Of a stretch of DNA of 64,000 bases, positions 53,652-63,019 are shown one piece after another; the stretch's first letter is position 1; each line of letters opens with the position of its first letter. Origin of the DNA: an uncultured Rivularia sp. (GTDB lineage: Bacteria > Cyanobacteriota > Cyanobacteriia > Cyanobacteriales > Nostocaceae); contig OY762007.1 of NCBI GenBank assembly GCA_963665115.1, positions 1,088,001 to 1,152,000 of the forward strand, read 5' to 3'. The notes below the pieces were generated by a model. That model worked only from the letters and a program-made list of their open reading frames with translations, was not told where the DNA came from and ran no database searches. Made by a program: the position numbers and the translations under genes.

Positions 53652-55766
53652 TTAACTTGTAAGTATCGTCAAAACATTAAAAATAAATAAGATTACCATC
53701 AGATAAGTATTAAATTGACAGCGAATAATTTTTAATAAAACCTTGAAAAGATTGTTGTCTGCTTCAAATTTACTTGTATTTGCCTGAAGCTTTGATAAGC
53801 AATAGGAAGTTTTAGTTAATGCTTGTTGATAGAGCGAGAAATTCCACACAATTATAATTAGACAACTACTCAAACTAACTAAGTAGGCTAAAATTGTCCA
53901 TTTTTGACCGCTGGAAGACATGGTTTCAAGTCCATATCTAAATTCAAAGTTTCTCACAATTTCTATAATAATCAAAATACTAACATATGGAGCAATGTCA
54001 TTAATAAATCCCCATGTATATTTTGTATAATTTTGGTTGATAATTTTGACGATTTGAGATGTTTTATCTTGAAGTATATTAAAATTATTTTCTATTTCCT
54101 TTAATCGATAATTTAATTTGATGGTTCGTTTCAGACTTTGATTGTAGGCTTGGAAAGCAGCATAAACGCTAACAAAGCAAAAAGGTACGGCTACGAAGAA
54201 GTATAAAATAAAAGAGCAAGGAAAATATAAAATTATTGGTAAATGATAATCTCTAAATTTTTGATTGCTGTTTTCATATCCAGAAATCTGATATGGTAGT
54301 GAAAAAATTATATGATAAAGTAAAAATGAAAATATAAAAATCGACAAAGATATTGCTGCAAAACGGTATATTTTTGCAGATTTGGCTTGACTTCGTAAAA
54401 TCTCTACAGCTTCTTTTCTCCATACAATACCAACTAAATAAAAGTGGTTGATTAGTAAAAAAGCGCTGCGAATAAATTCAATTAAGCTTCCATATTCCCC
54501 AAAATCTCGTATCCACGGTTCGCTGCCAGATAAATGATAAGCCGATCCAAGGGAGATACCGCAGATAATTAATAAAATTCCGTAGTAGCTTAAGATTTTA
54601 GCTAGATATGCAGTCGATGGAGGTAATCTAGGTTGTGTATCTAATTCTTTCCACTCCTGCTGAAAAAACCAAAATGAACCTAACTGTTTATCGATCCAGT
54701 TTTGATTGAAAATTTCTTGATAAATACGGTTAGCTATTTTCAGCTTTCCTTGCTGTTTAACTACTAATCCAGAAAGTCTTAATTCTACTTCTTCGTAACT
54801 ATTAGTAGTTTCGATTTCACCTTGACAATAAATTATTTGATACAGTTCTATTAATATTACAGCACGTTGTTTATCGTGAAGCAGTCGATCGCGTATTGTT
54901 CTTAAATGTTCTGGCTCATCCCGTGCTTCCCAGCTTTCAATGAGGTGGGTTTGCACTAACTCGGTAATATCGGGGTTTTCGGTTCCCGCGTCAACTACTA
55001 ATTGACATAATTTTTGAGTTAGAAACGGTTGTCCCCCCGTCCATAAAAGCACTTCTGATAAAGTTTTTTCGGGATTATCTACTTTGTTTGCAAATCCTTT
55101 TGTTAAAGATAATTTGGCTTCTTCTAGTTTAAAACCTTTTAACTCAATTGCTTGACCGATATTAAAAGGAGTGCGTCTTTTGTCTTCAATTAAAGTTGAT
55201 GGTGTTGCTACTCCGAGCAAGCAAAAAGTAAGACGGTTGTATTTGGGATTGTCGGCGCGTTGGTTGTAGCAACTGCGAATAAATGCGAAAAAATCATCGG
55301 TTGGAAAATCTAAACTAATAACGCTATCAATTTCGTCAATGAAGATGACAATGTTTTCCGAAATCGATTCTAATAATACTTCGTTGATGATTTCACTTAC
55401 TCGCTGTACCCCCGAAAGAAAATCGCGATCGCGCCACCATTGTTTCCAGTCAACTTTAATCGAACGTCCAAAAGTTCTAAATAAGCGATAGGCAATACCT
55501 TTGTACCATTGTTCTGAGGTAACTTGGCTGCCAGTTGCGGTTAAATCAATTGCAGCACAAGCAGTACCGTTAGCTTGCAACCTGTTCATAGTGCGGACTC
55601 GCAAGCTCGATTTACCCATTTGACGCGAGTTGAGTACGTAGCAAAATTTTCCAGCTTTCAAACTGCGATAAAGTTCGTCATCTGCTTTTCGTTCAACATA
55701 AGTAGGATCGTTTGCTGGTAAACTTCCCCCTTGATATTTATAAGCGTAGGTTGGTTCTTCTGTCAT
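53652..55766 (-). CDS. AAA_35 (AAA-like) ATPase with C-terminal multi-TM domain
   Basis: YVERKAD, NSRQMGKSS, IFIDEID, TPFNIG and GGQPFLTQ motifs; about 6-7 hydrophobic helices at the C-terminus. Confidence 0.85.
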   Translation of the reverse strand: MTEEPTYAYKYQGGSLPANDPTYVERKADDELYRSLKAGKFCYVLNSRQMGKSSLRVRTMNRLQANGTACAAIDLTATGSQVTSEQWYKGIAYRLFRTFGRSIKVDWKQWWRDRDFLSGVQRVSEIINEVLLESISENIVIFIDEIDSVISLDFPTDDFFAFIRSCYNQRADNPKYNRLTFCLLGVATPSTLIEDKRRTPFNIGQAIELKGFKLEEAKLSLTKGFANKVDNPEKTLSEVLLWTGGQPFLTQKLCQLVVDAGTENPDITELVQTHLIESWEARDEPEHLRTIRDRLLHDKQRAVILIELYQIIYCQGEIETTNSYEEVELRLSGLVVKQQGKLKIANRIYQEIFNQNWIDKQLGSFWFFQQEWKELDTQPRLPPSTAYLAKILSYYGILLIICGISLGSAYHLSGSEPWIRDFGEYGSLIEFIRSAFLLINHFYLVGIVWRKEAVEILRSQAKSAKIYRFAAISLSIFIFSFLLYHIIFSLPYQISGYENSNQKFRDYHLPIILYFPCSFILYFFVAVPFCFVSVYAAFQAYNQSLKRTIKLNYRLKEIENNFNILQDKTSQIVKIINQNYTKYTWGFINDIAPYVSILIIIEIVRNFEFRYGLETMSSSGQKWTILAYLVSLSSCLIIIVWNFSLYQQALTKTSYCLSKLQANTSKFEADNNLFKVLLKIIRCQFNTYLMVILFIFNVLTILTS

Positions 55767-55844
55767 TAATTAATATATTTATTTTTATAGAATAAACAGA
55801 TGTTTGTAGTACTCCGCCACATTAATTTTAAAGGGTAAAAAACT

Positions 55845-55960
55845 TGCATCTTGCACCAATGTCAGAAACCCGGTTTATTGCTGGTTAGATTAAAGGATAA
55901 TAATTTTTTCACGCATAGAAACCGGGTTTCTTTAGGCTTGATGAGAATGGTGCAAGATAT
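55845..55960. mobile_element. MITE-like element with ATCTTGCACCA terminal inverted repeats
   Basis: atcttgcacca...tggtgcaagat with an internal aaacccggttt/aaaccgggttt stem; related copies at 61268-61556. Confidence 0.65.
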
Positions 55961-55976
55961 CAATGAAAATCAATAT

Positions 55977-57296
55977 CTACGCTAACAAGCAATCGTGTAA
56001 ATACAAGCGATACAAATTACAGCGAGGTTCTATTTTGTTACCGCACCAATGCACTAATCCCATGCTGTGGAGTTTAAATGCTTCCTCCGAATCAATTCTT
56101 ACTGGCTGTTTTTCTTCAACTACATTTCTCATCGCTGCTATTAATTTAGAATCTTGCTGTAAATCCTGACTAATTTTTCGTAAATGATTTCTATACAGTC
56201 CAGCTTCAGTAGCTGCTGTTTGCAAAAATTCATCTATTTTTACGTATGGCTGGTTTTTAATATTAGTAAATGCTTTATGCAAAAGATAGGGATGTCCGCC
56301 TACTATTGCCATCAGTTTCTCAATTAAAATACAATCTTTATCGAGTTCGTATTGTTGGGCTAAATGCTGAACTTGCTCAATATTAAACTCGGGTAATTCA
56401 ATTGGTAATCCAACATTAAAAGGCGATTGGTTGATCTGTAAGGGAATATAAACTTCAGTTGAGTGGGCTACTATCAAACGCAATTTTTTCCAATCATCGA
56501 GAAACTTTGCATCTTCATACCAAGAGCGCAATAATCCGAAAAAGTCTGCTGCAACTTCTTGATACTTAAAAACTCTATCTACGTTATCTAAACCTAACAC
56601 TAAGGGAGTATCTATATTCGCTAAAATATAATCTTCAAAATAAGCGGTACAGTTATCATTACTGCTAGAATCTGCATCCCAGAAATCGGCTATATTATTT
56701 TTCAGTTTTAACCGTCTGCTGATGCTGCTACACAACCAACGTAACAATTTATCCAAATTTTTGATAGTACATTCATCCGCTTGCAATAGATTTAAATGTA
56801 CTGTTTTATAACTCTGCTTTGTCGCTGAATCAAAAATCTTGTTCATCAAACAAGTTTTGCCCATTTTCCAAGGAGCTTTGATCCGAATTAGCGCCCCTGG
56901 CTGCGAAATCTCTTGATAACACATAGATTCCACGGGAGGACGATTTATATAACTATCAGTAATAATTAACGATTCTTGCTTAGTAAAATTATCTGGTAAC
57001 GGTAAATTTTCCTTGGGAATAGAATTATCTTGCAAGCACCGTTTTAATGCTTCCTTGAAATTATTTTTTTTAACTTTTTCTCCCAAAGCTCCTGAAAGTA
57101 GCTTCCACAATTTAGGAGCCACATCTTGACTTATATAACTTAAGGTGTAGTTATTTTCCTCGGAAATCTTACCATAATCCTGTTTGTGCCAAGCCCCCCG
57201 GATGATTGCCGTTTCAACATCCGTTAAATTTCTCTGCGTTTTAGAGTAGATAAGATTATTCGCAATTTTTAGCGCTTCATCTAATACAAAGTCCAT
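55977..57296 (-). CDS. AAA_35 ATPase with N-terminal HTH-like domain
   Basis: N-terminal LTDVE.AIIRGAW..QDY..IS...APKLWKLLS; IKAPWKMGKT, LGLDNVD, SPFNVG and GGHPYL motifs. Confidence 0.82.
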   Translation of the reverse strand: MDFVLDEALKIANNLIYSKTQRNLTDVETAIIRGAWHKQDYGKISEENNYTLSYISQDVAPKLWKLLSGALGEKVKKNNFKEALKRCLQDNSIPKENLPLPDNFTKQESLIITDSYINRPPVESMCYQEISQPGALIRIKAPWKMGKTCLMNKIFDSATKQSYKTVHLNLLQADECTIKNLDKLLRWLCSSISRRLKLKNNIADFWDADSSSNDNCTAYFEDYILANIDTPLVLGLDNVDRVFKYQEVAADFFGLLRSWYEDAKFLDDWKKLRLIVAHSTEVYIPLQINQSPFNVGLPIELPEFNIEQVQHLAQQYELDKDCILIEKLMAIVGGHPYLLHKAFTNIKNQPYVKIDEFLQTAATEAGLYRNHLRKISQDLQQDSKLIAAMRNVVEEKQPVRIDSEEAFKLHSMGLVHWCGNKIEPRCNLYRLYLHDCLLA

Positions 57297-57370
57297 TTTT
57301 ATAGATTTTCTCACATAGGGAACCGACATTTATCCGCAGCAATACATCTAAGTAAAGCTCTAACTTTATA

Positions 57371-57420
57371 TACCTCAATTTACCTGAAGATTCCTGAAAA
57401 CCTCTGAAAGTTCCCGCATC
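57371..57420. promoter_or_regulatory. 10-bp-phased direct repeats in divergent promoter
   Basis: tacctcaatt/tacctgaaga/ttcctgaaaa/cctctgaaag/ttcccgcatc; CTGAA at 57384, 57394 and 57404. Confidence 0.5.
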
Positions 57421-57531
57421 ACAGTCAAATTACTTAGGTTAAAGTACTCCACAATTTATCTCAAGTTGTAAAATTATTAACCGTGCATACTTATAGATGT
57501 AAGCCAAACACACCAAGCGTGAGTTGAAAAA

Positions 57532-59100
57532 ATGAAACGATTGATAAGTCTTACTAGTGCGATCGCAGTTTCTACATTAAATGTAGCTGCTAGCGTACCA
57601 GTATCTGCACAAAGCAGTATTCAAGGGCCAATTAAAGAATTTGAACGTCCGATAAGTATCGATAAAGTAGAAGCTCCTATAAAAGGATTTGAACGTCCCA
57701 ATCCTGGTGAAGTAAGAATCAATAAAGCGCCTATAAATAAAAAGATTGAAAGCGTTCAAGTTGATAAGAGCCAAATTCAAATTATTAAGAAAAAGCCTAC
57801 TCAATTCAAAGCTTTTGACGTTAAAGATCCACAAACGGGTAAAGCAATACCTCCAAGTACAATACTAACGTTACCTAATGGAAAAAAGGTAAACGCTGGA
57901 GAATATTACGCTCAATTAAACAAGCTAGAAAGAGAATTTAACCAAATTGGTTATTCTTTACGTCAGCCTGCGGAAGAAGTTACCATCCAAAGTTCTACTA
58001 TTAATAAGCAGGAGTTACAAAAGCAGCAACAGCTTCTGCAAAAAACTCCAGAAAAAATCGACCGCAGTGTTGAGATTCAAAAGCAATTGGAGCCAAGTGA
58101 GGTTCTTAGAACTATTAATAAAGGACCAATACAGCAAATCGATCCTAAATTGCCAGGGGGAGTAATTAATCCGAGTCAACCACAACTCGATATTAAACCT
58201 CAAAGACCTCAAATAGAAAATCCTCAGATTAATCCGGGTACTATAAAGCCAATTAATCCACAACTCAAGCAAACCAAAGGTAACTTCAAACTAGCTCAAG
58301 CTTCCGGCTCTCGTACATATACCAGAACTTGGAATAAACAGGTTGGTAGAAGAAGTACTTTCGCTGCTTATCTCAGAGGAAAACTACAGTTAAAAGGCTC
58401 CAGAACTTATACCAGAGCTAATGCTGAAGGTAGTACTGGTGGCTATGCATTCAATCGCAATTTTGAATTAGCACGCGGCACAGCAACAGTATATGCACCC
58501 GTATCCGGTAGAGGTACAGTCAACACTAGTCTATACGTCGCCAGACAAAACGTCTATAATTTCCAAACCGGATTTGCAAATCGTTTTTCTAAGGGAGATT
58601 CCTTTTCTCGCTCCTTAGATTTCGGAGTTGCCAATATTAGATTCTTCGTCGGTCCAATTCCGATGAGTGCCAGGTTTGGCGTTCGAGGAAGTGCAGGCTT
58701 CAGATATAATATGGCGGCTTCGGGTGCATACAGATATGCTTATGCACGATTGAATCCCTTTGTCAATTCTAGAGCTTATGGACAGGGTGGTGCTGACATC
58801 GTAGTTGGTGGTGCTGGAGTAGGTGCTAACTTATTATTGCTCAAAGATAATCTTAACGCTTACGCTTCAGCTAGAGTCGGTTTTGCTTCAGGTAATCGCG
58901 CATATCTACAAAGTTACTACTCTGTTTACAACGATATGGAAGCTCTGAGCGGTAAAGCTTATGCTTACGCTTACGTCTACGTTCCCAGATTTGGTATTCC
59001 ACCCTGGAGAAAGAAGCAGTGGAATTGGAACATCTTTGACTGGACTGGCTTTAAGCAAAGAGGTTACTTACTCCGTGGCTCGAACAGAGTCTACTTTTAA
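57532..59100 (+). CDS. Secreted protein with P/Q/I-rich linker and amphipathic beta-sheet C-terminal domain
   Basis: Signal peptide (VSA-Q); PIK(E/G)FERP twice; Gly/aromatic/Arg-rich alternating strands in the last ~260 aa. Confidence 0.75.
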   Translation: MKRLISLTSAIAVSTLNVAASVPVSAQSSIQGPIKEFERPISIDKVEAPIKGFERPNPGEVRINKAPINKKIESVQVDKSQIQIIKKKPTQFKAFDVKDPQTGKAIPPSTILTLPNGKKVNAGEYYAQLNKLEREFNQIGYSLRQPAEEVTIQSSTINKQELQKQQQLLQKTPEKIDRSVEIQKQLEPSEVLRTINKGPIQQIDPKLPGGVINPSQPQLDIKPQRPQIENPQINPGTIKPINPQLKQTKGNFKLAQASGSRTYTRTWNKQVGRRSTFAAYLRGKLQLKGSRTYTRANAEGSTGGYAFNRNFELARGTATVYAPVSGRGTVNTSLYVARQNVYNFQTGFANRFSKGDSFSRSLDFGVANIRFFVGPIPMSARFGVRGSAGFRYNMAASGAYRYAYARLNPFVNSRAYGQGGADIVVGGAGVGANLLLLKDNLNAYASARVGFASGNRAYLQSYYSVYNDMEALSGKAYAYAYVYVPRFGIPPWRKKQWNWNIFDWTGFKQRGYLLRGSNRVYF

Positions 59101-59265
59101 AGGAAGTAGGGGGTAGGGAAGAGTTAGGAGTTATGAGTAGCAAGTAGTAAGTAGTAAGTAAACTATCATCGCTACTCGTTACTCGCTACTTTAATAATCC
59201 CCTTGTCCCCCATCTCCCCCTCTACCCCATCTCCCCCCCCTCTCCCCCTCTCCCCCTCTAAAACT

Positions 59266-61251
59266 ATGTCTTCCAATACTCATCGACAAATAAAAAGATT
59301 ATCTCAACGCTATAAATCGATTTTAATTATTTCTGGTTTACTGATTTTTGCCGTTCCGGGAGCAGTTGTTTACGGTAAACAATTCAATCAATTTGGTAAT
59401 GTTTTAACTTCTAGAGTTTTAAATCAACAAACATTACCAGCTTACCAATTTACTCCCGGTCAGCGTTTAGTTTACAATGTTGATTATCAAAATCATTCTC
59501 AGTCTGACCTCAGAGTTTTATTTCAAGATATAAAAACTAATAATTCTGCTGCCCCAGCGGGAGTTAATACTTTTACAAACGACTTTCAAGTTAGCCTTCA
59601 AGGTCAGTTAGTTATAACCGTTTTAGAACAAAAAAAAGATAAAATACTTGTTTCCTATAGTTTACCAAACTCCGCAGTAAAAATTACTTCTAGCGGACAA
59701 GAAGCGGTAGAGCAAGGGCAACTCATCCAAGGTGATTTAAAACAAGATATTTTTGCCGAGCTTAACCCTCAAGGTAAAGTAATTTCTGTTAGCTTTGACC
59801 AAAATGTCAGCGATATTGCTCAAAATTTTGCTCGTACTCTTTTAGGTATTAGTCAATTCGTCACCCCTAGTTCCGACCGCAATCCTAGCAACTGGGAAAC
59901 TAAAGAAGATGACCCCAACGGTAAGTATATTGCTCGTTACGAAAGTAGTTGGGGAAAATTTGAAAAAACCAAACTGCGTTATTTAGAATCAGTTAGCGGG
60001 AAAAAACCAGATGCATCAGATGTAAAGACTACAATCAAACCTGAAGGTAAATTAACCGCTAATTTTAATCTTAAAAACGGATACTTAACTTCTCTCCAAG
60101 GTACCGAGTCACAACAAATAATTATTTCTAAAAAGAATGTCGGACAAGTAAAAACTGATTTGGATATGACTTATGTCAGCCAAACTGTTTTAAATCCCCA
60201 ACAATTAACTCAACTGCAAAATGCTAGAACAGAACGCGATCGATTAGCACAGTCGGTAGCACTTTCTGCAACTCCCTCGGAAGCAGAAACAGAAGCCAAG
60301 ATTCAGCGTCAAGAATTAGGAGATGCTACCTTAAAAACCTTGCTTGCTGACTTAGAGAAAGCTGAAGCGTCATCAGATAGTAATCAAAATCATACTCCTT
60401 TATATCTTAAGTTAAAAGCTTTAGTATATTTACAGCCAGAGACGAGTCAAACTTTAGGAAAACTATTACTTGAAGCCGATGCTCAAAGTTTGACAATGCA
60501 AATTCTATCGGGAGCATTAAGTGCTGTAGGTAATTCTCAAGCACAAACCGCACTTGTTAATACTATTAATACTCGCAGTCAAGATTGGGATGCAATGTAT
60601 GTATTAGTTCCTAGTTTGGGTTCGGTAAATAATCCTACTCAAGAAACAGAAAATATTTTAAATCAATTAGCATTTAATTCTAAGGACGAACGGATTGCTT
60701 CTACCGCTCAACTGGCTTTAGGAACAGTAGCGTATAACTTAACTCAAACATCGCCGAATAGAGCCAATCAAATTGTCAAACAGTTTGCACAAAAGCTGTC
60801 AAAAACAGAATCCGAAGAACAAACTAGACAATATTTATTAGTTTTAGGAAATACTGGTTCTGCAAACGCATTTGATACCATAGTTTCATTTACAAAAGCT
60901 TCCGCACCGAAAATTCGTGGTGCTGCAACATCAGCATTACGGTTAATTGATAACAAGCAAGTTGACAAAGTAATTACAACAATATTAACTGGAGATGCAG
61001 ACGATAGCGTTAGATTAGAAGCCGCAACAACATTAGGATACCGAGAAATAAATCCAGAAACTTTTAAAATCCAAAAGCAGGCATTTACCTCAGAAAAATC
61101 AGTTACAGTTCGCTTAGGGCTATTAAGAAATTTGTGGCAAGTTCGCGAACAGTTTCCCGAAGTCAAGAAACTTGCTGAAAAAGCCGCTCAAAATGATGCT
61201 TCTCCCGAAGTTAAAGAAGCAGCAGCAAGTATTCTTGAGACAGATTTTTGA
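59266..61251 (+). CDS. Exported beta-domain + HEAT-like helical protein resembling the vitellogenin/MTP N-terminal lipid transport module
   Basis: Signal-anchor; FTPGQRLVYNVDY, GKVISVSF...QNFARTLLGISQF, EDDPNGKYIARY, LALGTVAYNL, YLLVLGNTG and VRLEAA. ATG at 59266. Confidence 0.7.
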   Translation: MSSNTHRQIKRLSQRYKSILIISGLLIFAVPGAVVYGKQFNQFGNVLTSRVLNQQTLPAYQFTPGQRLVYNVDYQNHSQSDLRVLFQDIKTNNSAAPAGVNTFTNDFQVSLQGQLVITVLEQKKDKILVSYSLPNSAVKITSSGQEAVEQGQLIQGDLKQDIFAELNPQGKVISVSFDQNVSDIAQNFARTLLGISQFVTPSSDRNPSNWETKEDDPNGKYIARYESSWGKFEKTKLRYLESVSGKKPDASDVKTTIKPEGKLTANFNLKNGYLTSLQGTESQQIIISKKNVGQVKTDLDMTYVSQTVLNPQQLTQLQNARTERDRLAQSVALSATPSEAETEAKIQRQELGDATLKTLLADLEKAEASSDSNQNHTPLYLKLKALVYLQPETSQTLGKLLLEADAQSLTMQILSGALSAVGNSQAQTALVNTINTRSQDWDAMYVLVPSLGSVNNPTQETENILNQLAFNSKDERIASTAQLALGTVAYNLTQTSPNRANQIVKQFAQKLSKTESEEQTRQYLLVLGNTGSANAFDTIVSFTKASAPKIRGAATSALRLIDNKQVDKVITTILTGDADDSVRLEAATTLGYREINPETFKIQKQAFTSEKSVTVRLGLLRNLWQVREQFPEVKKLAEKAAQNDASPEVKEAAASILETDF

Positions 61252-61267
61252 TTGGTTTATAGTATTT

Positions 61268-61556
61268 ACATCTTGTACCAATTTTAATATTGCCGGGGAA
61301 TAGAATTAAAAGTCTCATAGCTAAAGTTGTCTTTAGACGGCTGGGTAAAATATTTAGTGCGTTTCAAGGTACTTTGTCTATGAGCCTGGGAATTTATTCC
61401 AAGGCGGTGTTGCGAATGGTGCAAGATGTCAGTTTCTATTTACATCTTTCAGCAGTGTCAGAAACCCGGTTTTTTGCTGGTTAAATTGCGAGATAATAAT
61501 GTTTTCACGAATAGAAAGCCGGTTTCTTTCAGCTGATTGATAATGCTGCAAGATAT
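61268..61556. mobile_element. Two adjacent MITE-like elements with ATCTTG(C/T)ACCA-type ends
   Basis: acatcttgtacca...tggtgcaagatgt, then a copy of the 55845-55960 element. Confidence 0.55.
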
Positions 61557-61636
61557 AAATAGTGAGGAATGCCTCTAAATCCGAGTGATAAATCGCTTAC
61601 TACAAACCTTAATTAACTATCAAAACCGATTGCAAT

Positions 61637-62020
61637 TTATCTTCCTTCACAACTCCTCACCTTCATCATCTCTGCTAACAGAGTAAATAAAACAATCCCG
61701 CAAAAATCCGCAGCTAAATCAACTAAATCGAAGCTACGGTTGGGTGAAAACATTTGCAAGCATTCTTCGATTAATACAAAAACGCTAATAATAATCGGTA
61801 CTAAAGGCAGGGAAAAATTTAAAATACTTATTTTACGTTTTTTAAATGCTAAATGTCCCAAAAAAGCCGAAAATCCCATTAATAGAAAATGTAAAATGGT
61901 GTCGTAATAAGGAAACTGCTTTATTTCATTGGGAATAATCTTTAAATAAGCTGATATAGATATTGATATAATCACTCCGATGTAAAACCAAAAGGCGATT
62001 ACCCAGTTACGATTAGTCAT
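61637..62020 (-). CDS. VanZ-family membrane protein
   Basis: DTILHF, EECLQMFSPNRSFDLVDLAADFCG motifs. Confidence 0.85.
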   Translation of the reverse strand: MTNRNWVIAFWFYIGVIISISISAYLKIIPNEIKQFPYYDTILHFLLMGFSAFLGHLAFKKRKISILNFSLPLVPIIISVFVLIEECLQMFSPNRSFDLVDLAADFCGIVLFTLLAEMMKVRSCEGR

Positions 62021-62224
62021 TACAAATTATGTATATAAAATAAAAAAGCGTCTGTTGATAGCTCCAAGCATAACAAACGCTTTTACGTAAATACCGATTA
62101 AAGCAAGTAGTAAAACAATAAATATTTACCTAGGGTAAGCGGCAAGTTCGCGCAATTTTGCTTTCAACTGTTCCACTTCTGCTTCTGCTTGTTCAGCAGG
62201 TTGCGAATTCAATCCAAAATCGTT

Positions 62225-62488
62225 CTACCCTCCTTGCTGATTCGCTTGCTCTTGCAGCCAAGAATCTACTGGTTGTCCATCTTTGCGCTTTAACTCAATT
62301 TCAACAACCATTACTTCTTTTGAACCGGGAGGTGCCGGTTTTTTGTGAAAAAGAATATCGTAATCAGCCGGATTTTGATTGCGCTCTTTTAACCAATCCT
62401 GCACTTTTGTTGTTGCAAAAAACGATTGCCCTTGCTCAAACATCGAGGTAATCTGCATTTGCAGGTTATAAGGATTTAGTTTGCCCAT
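62225..62488 (-). CDS. Conserved cyanobacterial hypothetical protein
   Basis: 87-aa ORF with normal composition and an AAAGG upstream. Confidence 0.7.
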   Translation of the reverse strand: MGKLNPYNLQMQITSMFEQGQSFFATTKVQDWLKERNQNPADYDILFHKKPAPPGSKEVMVVEIELKRKDGQPVDSWLQEQANQQGG

Positions 62489-62557
62489 TGTAAAGCCGCC
62501 TTTGTAAAGAAATTTTTAGTTTGGGTATTATCCCAGTTATTTTTATATAATAATTAA

Positions 62558-62677
62558 TGTACGGCAGGGAGTGCCGGAATCAACGCTTGAGGAGCTAGTT
62601 GCAAGACTAGGATAACACCGATACTAGAATGTTCGGTGTGCCCAAGAAGCTAAACCCTTGTGGTTTATGCACTTCAA
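62558..62677 (+). ncRNA. IS200/IS605 right-end / TnpB omega-RNA-like scaffold without tnpB
   Basis: acggcagggagtgccggaatcaacgcttga (tnpB-tail-like TAGSAGINA), several stems, subterminal hairpin taaacc/ggttta and terminal TCAA; TATAAT at 62546-62551. Confidence 0.55.
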
Positions 62678-62783
62678 AATTTTTAAGGATGGGCAGGCTT
62701 TTGTCTGCCCCCTAATATTTTTCAACTATTCCTCCATAGCACTTGTAAAACATTAATTTTATAGTGTTGTTTAACTTCAATCG

Positions 62784-63019
62784 TAAGAAGTCCCACACCT
62801 ATCTGTAAGAAGGTGTTGGGATGAATTAGTACCCTGGTTTATGGTATTATCAAGAATGTAGGTGTAATCCAATTAAATGCAGAAATGCAGCCTATAAACA
62901 CAAAAACAATCTGATAAAAAGTCCCTAGGGCGTAGGGCTTGAAAGCTCGGTCAATGTTCTCATAGAGGAGTCACCGAGAAGCCTACATCATAATCTGTGA
63001 TTTGATGTAGGTACGTCAC
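62784..63019 (+). mobile_element. Non-autonomous IS200/IS605-type mini element
   Basis: Left hairpin cccacacct...aggtgttggg; right hairpin cctacatca...tgatgtagg followed by TCAC; no transposase or tnpB ORF. Confidence 0.6.

Noticed and set aside
62126..62212. Minus-strand 28-codon frame LNSQPAEQAEAEVEQLKAKLRELAAYPR resembling a Uma2-family coiled-coil tail
   Set aside because: Too short, TTG start only; at best a gene remnant.
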